DNA of 64,000 bases from Azolla caroliniana (Eukaryota; Plantae; Polypodiophyta): positions 16,740,001 to 16,804,000 of the forward strand of contig JBHGNT010000013.1 in NCBI GenBank assembly GCA_043228905.1, in the 5' to 3' direction. Made by a program: the position numbers and the translations under genes. This document shows, piece by piece, positions 1-9,442 of this stretch (positions within the stretch are counted from its first letter, which is position 1; every line of letters starts with the position of its first letter). Under the pieces are notes generated by a model. It was not told the DNA's origin and did not search any database. It was given only the letters and a program-made list of their open reading frames with translations.

Positions 1-291
1 AAGATTGAAGAAGGTGATTGGGTGTTGGTATACAATAGTAGCCTCGACAATCAACACAAGGCGGTGCGAAAATTTGCAAAGAGATGGTTCGGGCCCTATG
101 CCGTGACGAGCGCTAACAACAATGGCATGTACCATCTCGCAAAACTTGATGGGACGCGGATAGTTGTGCCAATAGTCGGGAATAGGATCAAAGTATTTAA
201 GATGCGGCACGAGGACAAACCAGACTCGCCCAGTCCGAACGATGGTGACGGCTGCACTGGCGCGGACAACGATTCGGAGAATGAAGGGTGA
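1..291 (+). pseudogene. Ty3/Gypsy integrase C-terminus (element continues left of the window)
   Basis: KFAKRWFGPY GPY/F motif; closely similar to the integrase end at 21435-21788(-); followed by PPT-like GGTGGGGTTGGA (982-993) and an LTR. Confidence 0.85.
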
Positions 292-333
292 TTACAAGTC
301 GGTTATCTCTGGCAATTGCTGTATTTGGCACGT

Positions 334-958
334 TGTCGCGGAAATCCGCGAGTTTGTGTCAAAAGGGCGAGACCACGGAGGTCTTGGACGAGGGAGAAAG
401 GGATGCCAGGAAACCGACTCCGGACACGACCCGGAGACAAGCGAACACGAGAGAGAGAGAGAGAGAGAAAGAGAGAGAATATGCGTGCGACACTAACTCT
501 TATGCACAGGAAACAAAGGAGGGGAGCTATGCTCCCGATACCGCCAAATACACCAATATGCACAAACAAATATATATATATATATATTACAAGGGGAAAG
601 ATACAACCCCGGCTTCGAGCCGGGCTACGCTTAGAAGAAGAAGTAGTTAACCCGAACAAAGCTTCTCGAGAAGGACAAGAAGAAGAAGACTACCAAGAAG
701 TTACTAGCCCTAGAAAAACTCTTGAGGAAATAACCCTAGAGCAAAATGGTATACCCTTACGACTCAAAATGGGCAACCCTTACACAAGAGACCCCTCCCT
801 TCCTTTTATAGCCCAAGGAGGGAGGAACATTATAATGTGGGATAAATACTCCCCCTTATTCTATACACCGTTTCCTACTATACAGGTACACATGTTGCAC
901 ACCACCGACTTGCACATTCCACCCCGGTTTCACACTATAGCCGGAAATCTTCACGACA
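334..958 (-). mobile_element. Gypsy solo LTR inserted antisense just upstream of the host element's PPT
   Basis: Termini TGTCGCG...CACGACA; 4-bp TSD ACGT (330-333 and 959-962). Removing it restores the 3' UTR seen at 21443-21485 (reverse complement). Confidence 0.85.
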
Positions 959-993
959 ACGTACCGGTGGACGTGCAGTTTGGTGGGGTTGGA

Positions 994-1620
994 TGTCGTG
1001 AAGAAAACCGTCCCTAGGAGGAATCAGGGAATTATGCGCTTGAATTGGCCCCTACGAGTGGACATGCTATTTTATAACTTGTACATACTTAGGAGCAAGT
1101 CGGTTGATGTGAAGATACTAGGTAGTACGCATTTATTGTTTAGGAAATCTTAGCGTATCTCTGTTCGAAGTGACAGAGAATAAATACGATGTAACCAGGG
1201 TATAACGGTCTGTCCCCGAGGGGCCTATAAAGAGGAAAGGGAGAAGGCTGAGAGGACATCGCGTTTTTGGGCAAGGACAAGGGGTTGTTGGACTGGGAAC
1301 CGAGCTCTCTCCTGCTCTTTCTATTATCATTCTCTGCAGGGTTGCAATTGCTGTAATCGTCACTGTTATTGAAATTGAATCTCTTGTTTTTGTCTATCCG
1401 TGTTTCTGGGAGTCTCCTCTTTCATTTCTCTCGAGTGTGCTTCTTGATTAAGTTGGTATACGCATTGGTGGTTCATTCAACCGGCAAGTGATGTCGGTTG
1501 CAGACAGGTCTATCAGGCCTTACACTTGCATGCTTCTTACTCCCTCGTCTCCCTTGCTCCTCGGTTCAGGGCCCCCATGGTCCCGCCTTATTTCACACGC
1601 GAAAGCGAAACAACACGACA
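994..1620 (+). mobile_element. 3' LTR of the Gypsy element at the window start
   Basis: TGTCGTG...CACGACA inverted termini; preceded by PPT; TATA-like CTATAAA near 1225; ends resemble the LTRs at 20793 and 32682. Confidence 0.8.
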
Positions 1621-1639
1621 ACGGAGATTGCCGCAACAA

Positions 1640-2170
1640 CCTTGGTAAATTCAAACCAATCAAACCACATACATATGCAGAAGAAAGGAACTCCATGACA
1701 CTGATGGATAAGGGAAACAGAGTTATTCCTGGTTCAAAATCGTGTAGAGGTAGAGCTATGGGCAATGGTGTCAGCAAGTTTTCTAGATGGACCGACGCAA
1801 CACTAGTGTATGTCTGAAGAAAACACTCTCGAATTTGCATCTTGAACAAAGTTCAAAAGAGAGTTGCGGCAATATTTTATCCTTGAAAATGAGCATTTAT
1901 GCCTTATGGATGAGTGGAAGGCAGCGAAGCAAGGAGAAGGCCAACTTACTATCTATACTGAGAAATACCATCAATTAGTATTACAACTACCCCATCTACA
2001 TCCAATCACCAAGCCTCATGGGTTTGTGTTGGGCCTAAGACCACGTATTCGGATGGAGGTGGAGAAGATGAACCCACAATCATGTGAAGAAGCCATGCTA
2101 GTAGCAGAATGAATAATTTAGTAACATCGAAACAAATACACGTCTGACATATGGCAATCAACCAACTACC
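1640..2170 (+). pseudogene. Degenerate Ty3/Gypsy gag remnant
   Basis: Fragments such as KPHTY, LMDEWK..KQG and FVLGLRPRIRMEV resemble retrotransposon gag; frameshifted. Confidence 0.45.
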
Positions 2171-2199
2171 TTCAACAATAGAAGTTGGATGACAACAAC

Positions 2200-3184
2200 G
2201 AACTCGATGGGGAGAGGTTTAACTCGAGGAGAGGTTAATTTATATGGATGAGAATCTTTCTCAATGAGTTGGGAATGAAGCAAAGGAAGTTGTTGCTTCA
2301 TTGTGATAGCTAGAGTGCCATACATCTAGCAAAAATGCTGGATACCACTCTTGGAGTAAGCATATATAGAGGAAGTATCACTAGTTGCGGGAGAAAGTGG
2401 AAGAAGGAGAGTTTTTCCTCGTGAAGATCCATATTGACGACAATAGATCTGACATGCTCAAAGTTTGTCAACTTAAGTCAGGACTGACCGACTCCCTCCC
2501 ACATGAATGAAGGGGGAGTTTGTTGGGAATATGTCCCTCTAGTGGGAGGAGCTGACGGTCTGGCTAAGGAAGAGTCGACAATCAAAGTGTGGGAGGAGCG
2601 GAGTGTTCGACTTAGTAAGAGCCGACAGTTGAAGATAATGAGTAGCCGATTGATAGGGCCGAGAGTCGATTGTCGAAGACAAGGAGGAGTTGATAGTGTA
2701 GTATGTGATCCAAGTCGAAGGCATGATCAACTAGTGTGGCCAATTGGATAGTCGACATAAGAGTCAGCTAGTCGAATCGATTAGTCGACCAATCAACTAA
2801 TTAACTGCTACTAAAATAATAAGAATGATAGTAGTAGAGGCTACACTTGTAAATAACCCATAATGTGTACAAGTATAAATCCACTTAGGGCAAACATAGA
2901 AAGTGTGAACAGAATGGTAGAACTAAAAGAGTAGGGTGTGTGCCTCTGTTGTTGTGTGTGTGGTAGAAAAGAGAGAGTACCGTGAGTGAGACAAAGTGGC
3001 GCCATATCTAAGCGAGCTTAGACGTCAAGAGCCCTACACGTCAGTATTAGAGTGTTGTATTGTGATGTCTTCTTGTACTCTCTAATTGTATAATGGAATA
3101 ACTCTGCTCGCATGGTTTTCCCCATTTAGGGTTTCCACGTAAAATTGTGTGCATAGTGTATCTTGTGTATTTACCATTTTCACA
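2200..3184 (+). mobile_element. Ty1/Copia 3' remnant: RNase H end, PPT and probable 3' LTR (from 2521)
   Basis: Translates to FLNELGMKQ..LHCDS*SAIHLAK..SKHI..LREKV..N.SDML; purine tract GAAGGGGGAG before TGTTGGG at 2521. The LTR right end is uncertain. Confidence 0.6.
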
Positions 3185-3215
3185 TCCTATCTATATATTA
3201 CAAGTCGTCTTTCTC

Positions 3216-3631
3216 GCTCTGATACCACCTGTTGAGTAAAACGCGGAAAATTGCTCGGCCACAACCGAGTCTTGAACACTTCAATGAGAATGGAGAACAC
3301 ATAAATGGGAACTAAAGAGTGAACACAAGATGTTTATGTGGAAACCACGGGAGCCCACAGACTCCAAACTATCACTATGAAGAGAAGGGGTACAATTAGA
3401 GACTTGTAGGCGACGACCTCGAGCTCGGTTTGTTCGCCAAGCGGTGCTTACAACAAAGTATCGCTCTGTATCTCGCTCTCCCTCTCTGTCACTCTCACTG
3501 TACAACAGTTACAACAACAATATGACCACTACAACCTTTTACACTATACAAAGTGATTGCCCTAAGTCATATTTATACTTATATGAACTTAGGGCTATTT
3601 ACAAATATAACCTCAATAGGCTTACTCAAAA
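3216..3631 (-). mobile_element. Truncated LTR element: tRNA-Met(i) PBS plus 5' LTR
   Basis: GCTCTGATACCA at 3216-3227 (TGGTATCAGAGC on minus) next to TGTTGAGTA at 3230; near-inverted TACTCAAAA at about 3623-3631. Confidence 0.6.
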
Positions 3632-3699
3632 CATATTTACAGATATGTCTTCTCTTCCGGTTCTCACCGGGTCCTCTTTATTCATCACCGGATCCCATC

Positions 3700-4490
3700 C
3701 GGAGAGACCGATTTCCGAAGATGCATTTGTAATTGTCATTTTGAACGTCGTTCGAAAAGCCGATTTTCGCATTGCATCGCTCGATTAATTGCCTCCGTGA
3801 CCCAAGCTTCGGTTCTTCAAGGAAAGTCAGGAGGAAGTCTTTGACATCATTATGTAGGTCATACCGAAACTGCTCCATCAATGCTTGGTCGTCCCATTGG
3901 CTATCAATTGCAAGTAGACGGAAATCCACAACATAAGCTGAGGCAACAATGTCCTTGACGCAGTCTTTGGATTTTATTGATTGTTGTACTAACACTATCG
4001 GTATCTCCAAGCCTCCTTTAAACTCGCTAATAAAATCCGTAAAATTATTTAGCAAAGGAGATCATTTTTCTAACAAAGGGGAGAACCATGTTAATGTTGT
4101 GCCACTAAATTATGTGACTATTCGCCCCACTCATGATGCATCAGTGGGATATCGAGAAGGATGCATTTGAATCACCAAGCGTACCTGACTAAGGAACCCT
4201 CTGAATTGTGATCGCGTTCCATCAAATTTGATGGGAAGACCAATCTTGGGTTCTTTAGGAATCCCTTGAGTACTCGGTCCTTGTTGTAACGACACGATAG
4301 TTGCTTGCAGTTGTAGCACTCGTAATGCCAACTCCCCGTGTTGTTGTTGCGTTTGCTGCTTTTCTAACGTGATTTTTTGAAGGTCCCCCAACAAACGTTG
4401 ATTTTCTTGTTCCAACGCTATGAACTTTTCCTTCAAGCATTGAAGCTCCGAAAAGACGGATTGGTATTCTTGTGTGCTTAAAATTGCCAT
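3700..4490 (-). pseudogene. Ty3/Gypsy (chromovirus-type) gag remnant
   Basis: Coiled-coil N-terminus, then KIGLPIKFDGTRSQFRGFLSQV; second piece ASAYVVDFRLLAIDSQWDDQALMEQFRYDL (major homology region-like); stops and frameshifts. Confidence 0.75.
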
Positions 4491-4632
4491 GTTAACACTA
4501 TAGGAAGGATCAATAAGAAGATTAATATTAGAGGAAGGGAGGATAAGAAGGAAAATTCGGTTCAAACCGTTAGGAGTTGTACTAGAGATTGAGAGGATTA
4601 GTACAAGAGTTACAATAAAAGAGGGAGACAAG

Positions 4633-6527
4633 TGTCACGGACACGCCAAGTACGGACTAAGACGGAGCACGGATGATGAGGCTACAACGGAGCGATGACG
4701 GAATGACACAAGATCATAAAGATTGAGATGAAAATTAAGGAGAGAAGATGGGCGAAACGAGAATACTAGATTGATATGTCCATGACTGGCGTTGTTCACC
4801 TTGAATTCCTTCAAGGTGAACTCAACTATTTATACTAAGTGGCATGCATACCTATTGCACGCATGTGATACAATAGAGCATGTAGGCAGTAGGTATGCAT
4901 GCATGTGCCAAGTGTTAATAATACAAGGGAGAAATTATGCACATGATGCTAGCTAAAACCTACAATGAGGATGTATATACATGATTATATGCTAGATGTG
5001 TGGTTAACACATAACACTCGATTATAACATGCTCATGTCAAGAGTTTGAATCTTGACATTATCCCCCCTCCAACGATGCCTTCCCAAATCGTTTGTCGGC
5101 TTAAGGGGATATTGTTGATGAAAATCTTAGATCACCTCCAAAGTATTTTGTAAATCCTAGACAAGGAATAACCCTTCCACAAGACGAGGTATTTAACACC
5201 AACAGGCATGAGCAACCATATGTGGTCCTCACCTAGAACTGGAACACAAATATCAACGGGTGTGAGCGACCATGTGCGGTCCTCATGGGGAGCATGAACA
5301 CCAAGGGGCATGAGTAACCATGTGGGGTCCTTGCCGGGAACTGGAACGGTCCTCGCTGAGAGTTGTAACACGAACACCAACGGGCGTGAGCAATCATGTT
5401 GTCCTCACCGAGAAATGGAACACGAACGAGTGAGCGACCATGTGGCCCTCACCGGGAACAGGAACATGAATGGGAGTAATCGACCATGTGTGGTCCTCAC
5501 CGGGAACTGGAACATGAACAACAACGGGCAAGAGCGACCATGTCGGTCTTCACTGGGATCTGGAACACGAACAATAGTTGGAATGAGCGGCCATGCAGGA
5601 GTGAGCGGCCATGTGCGGCCCTCACCGGGAACAAGAACACGAACGGGAGTGAGCGGCCATGTGCGGTCCTCACCGGAGACTGGAACACGAATGGGAGTGA
5701 GCGACCATGCGGCCCTCACCGGGCACAGGAACACGAACGGGAGTGAGCGACCATGTGCTGCCCTCACCAAGAACACGAACACGAACAGGAGTGAGCGGCC
5801 ATGTGCGGCCCTCACCGGGAACTCGAACACAAACACCAACGGAAGTGAGCGGCCTTGTGCGGCCCTCATTGGGAACTGGAACACGAACACCAACAGGAGT
5901 GAGCGGCCTTGTGTGGCCGTCACCGGGAACTAGAACATGAACACGAACGGGAAAGAAACTAAAAACTAGAGACAATGATGAGGAGAAACTAAAAAATAGA
6001 GACAATGAAGCGATGTTGATGATGGTACGGTGACGATGGTAACTCTAGAAGCAAGGGCAATGACGAAGACGGGTGAAGCTTCTAGTTGGAAGGTGAACAA
6101 ACTGTCATGGACACGCCAAGTACGGACTAAGACGGAGCACGGATGATGAGGCTACGACGGAGCGATGACGGAATGACACAAGATCATAAAGATTGAGATG
6201 AAAATTAAGGAGAGAAGATGGGCGAAACGAGAATACTAGATTGATATGTCCATGACTGGCGTTGTTCACCTTGAATTCCTTCAAGGTGAACTCAACTATT
6301 TATACTAAGTGGCATGCATACCTATTGCACGCATGTGATACAATAGAGCATGTAGGCAGTAGGTACGCATGCATGTGCCAAGTGTTAATAATACAAGGGA
6401 GAAATTATGCACATGATGCTAGCTAAAACCTACAATGAGGATGTATATACATGATTTATGCTAGATGTGTGGTTAACACATAACACTCGATTATAACATG
6501 CTCATGTCAAGAGTTTGAATCTTGACA
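4633..6527 (-). mobile_element. Non-autonomous chromovirus-derived LTR element (TRIM/LARD-like), LTRs 4633-5058 and 6103-6527
   Basis: Two ~425-bp LTRs (TGTCA...TGACA) with about 4 differences; PPT AGGGGGGATAA (5059-5069, minus); chromodomain remnant VKYLVLWKGY and FHQQYPLKP at about 5097-5197; no gag/pol; flanks ACAAG and ACAGT are not a clean TSD. Confidence 0.9.
5200..5950. repeat. Minisatellite with ~45-57-bp unit, about 15 copies, inside the mini-element
   Basis: Recurring GTGAGCG(A/G)CCATGTGCGGCCCTCACCGGGAACTGGAACACGAAC units. Confidence 0.9.
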
Positions 6528-6682
6528 ACAGTACTATTAGAGAGAGAGAGAGTGTGTGTGTGTGTGTGGAAGAGAGAAGTATGATAACAAAGAAGTATAT
6601 TATATGAAAAGAGTACAAGGATAGTTAAGAAGTTTAAGACTAGCATTGAACCGAATTGGTTCTAAATAGTGCCATATGCCTC

Positions 6683-6733
6683 TATTTATAGTATTATCAG
6701 GAGTATTCCTGAAGTTTCTAGAATGTTCTAGAG
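6683..6733 (-). promoter_or_regulatory. Heat-shock element array plus TATA box (probable LTR promoter remnant)
   Basis: TTCctGAAgtTTCtaGAAtgTTC at 6706-6728 gives five perfectly phased HSE units; TATAAATA on minus at 6683-6690. Confidence 0.6.
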
Positions 6734-7032
6734 TAATATAGAATATACATGAATTTTCTATAATAAAATAAAAAATAATATTTTTTATATTACAATATTA
6801 TCTAATGGTATGGCCTCAACTTGTGCAACATAAGATCATGGGTTCAATTCCTTTTGGGGCCATATCATGACAATATCCATGGATAAGATGTTATGTGTCA
6901 CTAGCTACAAGGTTGTTTACAATTTCTTAAAACATTCTAATTTCTAAAGTTAAGGTAGTTTGCATTGTTATTTAAATTTCTTCTCTTAAAATATTAATAG
7001 TTCAAGAATATGACAATTATTGTAGTTACTCC

Positions 7033-8239
7033 CATAGAACGTAATATTCGTGTTCGCGCAAGCATTCAAACGTTTGGAAATGAACACGTTTGAAAATGGA
7101 AAAATATGTACTCCTTTTCATTTCTTTTTTTCATTTATTGCTATTAATATTAAAAGTTTAGCTCACCTTAGTGGTAAGGAGTCATGCTATTGTTGTCTAT
7201 GTCTTGGGTTTGATTCCTAATATTCTGATCTCTCTCATTAATACCATGTCATAACAAAATTTTATGTTAGTGTTATATTAGTTTTTTTCTTTTGTCTATT
7301 TTCATATTATTAGAACTAAGCACAACCTAGTGGTAAGTTGTCGTGCTACTATTACTTGTATCTTGGGTTCAATTCTTTCTCGTATCCTCTTGTTAGTGCC
7401 ATGCTCCTTTTTCTTCTTCTTTTTTCTTTCTTTCTTATTAGAAATTAGCTCACCCTAGTGGTAAGTTGTTATGCTACTGTCTATGTCATGGCAAAATTTT
7501 ATGTTAGTATCATGTTCGTTTTTTTTCTTTCATTTTTTGTTATTAGAAATTAGGTCACCCTAGTGGTAAGTTGTTATGCTACTACTGCCTATGTCATGTT
7601 TTCTTCATATTCTCAAATATATGTTTTATGAGTTTTTTATCGTTTCTTTTTTCTTTTCTTTTTTTATTTCTTTGTTATTAGAAATTAGGTCACCCTAGTG
7701 GTAAGTTGTTATGCTACTACTGCCTATGTCATGTTTTCTTCATATTCTCAAATATATGTTTTATGAGTTTTTTATCGTTTCTTTTTTCTTTTCTTTTTTC
7801 ATTTCTTTGTTATTAGAAATTAGGTCACCCTAGTGGTAAGTTGTTATGCTACTACTACCTATGTCATGTTTTCTTCATATTCTCGAATATACGTTTTATG
7901 AGTTTTTGAACGTTTGATTATAATTTATAATGACATATTTTGATTCAATCTTTATAGTTCATACTCGTTTTTTTGTAAAGTTCTAAAGTGAGGATGATAG
8001 AGATGTCTTGATTCTTAAGAAGCATCCCAAAATTATGCATGTGATACAATGCAAATATTGCAACCATACTTATGTCGGTGGTTCTCAATGGATTAGAGTC
8101 CACTTATTGGGATTGAGAGTGAATCAATATATAATATAGACCATAGTCAATCCAATCCAACTTTGAGATAATTTACACACTCTTGATTGAATCATTCTCG
8201 AATGCAAATGCACGTATGATACGTATGGTTCATTCTATG
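7033..8239 (+). mobile_element. Non-autonomous hAT-like DNA transposon with a BED zinc-finger remnant
   Basis: Termini CATAGAAC...ATTCTATG; flanks GTTACTCC and GAACTTACTCC (imperfect 8-bp TSD); about 8050-8115 translates CKYCNHTYVGGSQWIRVHLLG. Confidence 0.55.
7155..7900 (+). repeat. Tandem array of six tRNA/SINE-head-like units (last three ~135 bp and near-identical)
   Basis: Each unit starts like TAGCTCACCCTAGTGGTAAG (A-box-like); the first two retain GGGTT(T/C)(G/A)ATTC (B-box-like); T-rich spacers. Confidence 0.7.
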
Positions 8240-9442
8240 GAACTTACTCCTATAACGCTAGACATCCATTAAAGAATTTTACAATAAACCCATTCTACAT
8301 GTATTTATTAAGAGCCTTTAAAGAATATGGGAATTATTCAATCTTGCTATGTAACCTATTCCACATGTAACTATTACGAGCCTATGAAGAATATGGGATT
8401 TATTCAATCTTTCCATGTAACTACAAACTCCACACATAATTTCAAAGACCAAATATGTGGACTGCCAATGGTCCCCTCTTCCATGGTAATGCATCCTAAT
8501 CCGAAAAGAAGTTACAAGAGCCTTATTCTAAAATCAAGTTCTAAATATGACCGCAAGTTGAGAATCATGGTCTACATTTTGGGACAAATCAATCACATAA
8601 TGGATTGCATTCAATACTTGGACACACATTCTATACAAATAGACATAAATTTAGCATTGTAAAATTAGTACAATTGGGTTCGATTTTCATATTCTACAAA
8701 ATCGGGGTTAAAACAATTAAGCTTGCATGGAATTTCATTCCTTATCTCAAAATTGGATAAAAAAACATGGCAGATGGAATATGAAACTATTGATTTTCTT
8801 GCCATGAAAATAATTAGTTCAATTTTTTGGTATATTTTTAGAAACCATGTATTCGCCATTTTTTAACATCTCCCCAAGAAGTAAAAAAGAGAACACGACA
8901 TATTACCTATTTCAAGTCGTGATGTTTAAATCACTTTAGACATAATATAAACCATTGTTAGAAATAAATAAATAAATATTAGCTCGATATATTAGAACCT
9001 TTTTTACATATCTCATCACCAATGCATTATTGAGCACTATGTATTCAATATAATCAGGTCAAACATTATTAAGCAATGCATATCCTTGATATTGTGTATA
9101 ATGCCACACATGATTATCATTCATATCCTTTACAACATTTATTTGTTATTTCACATTGCACTCTTTTGCATATGAGGAGAAGGATGTAAAGAGAATTGAT
9201 AAGCTTCATAACGAAATGTGAGCCAGCAACCAAACAAACAAACAAACATATCTTAATACATATCCTTTAATAGAACATTTGGTCATTATTTATTGACATG
9301 CATATGAGGAAATATTCTCTAGTGAGGAATATGGGGAATTCATAACCTTAGTAACAAAATGGTGCGAGTTGGATAGCTTCTCTCTATGGTGTTAAACTTA
9401 CATATGTACCACATCATACACGGTTAGCTTCTCGAAGTAGAG

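Noticed and set aside
242-1017. ORFs of 84-233 aa
   Set aside because: They lie in a solo LTR and run through AG/AT microsatellites (ERERER, IYIYI).
5200-5950. Repeat array as a CRISPR or repeat-protein gene
   Set aside because: There are no unique spacers and no cas genes, the context is eukaryotic, and the open frames follow from a stop-poor repeat unit.
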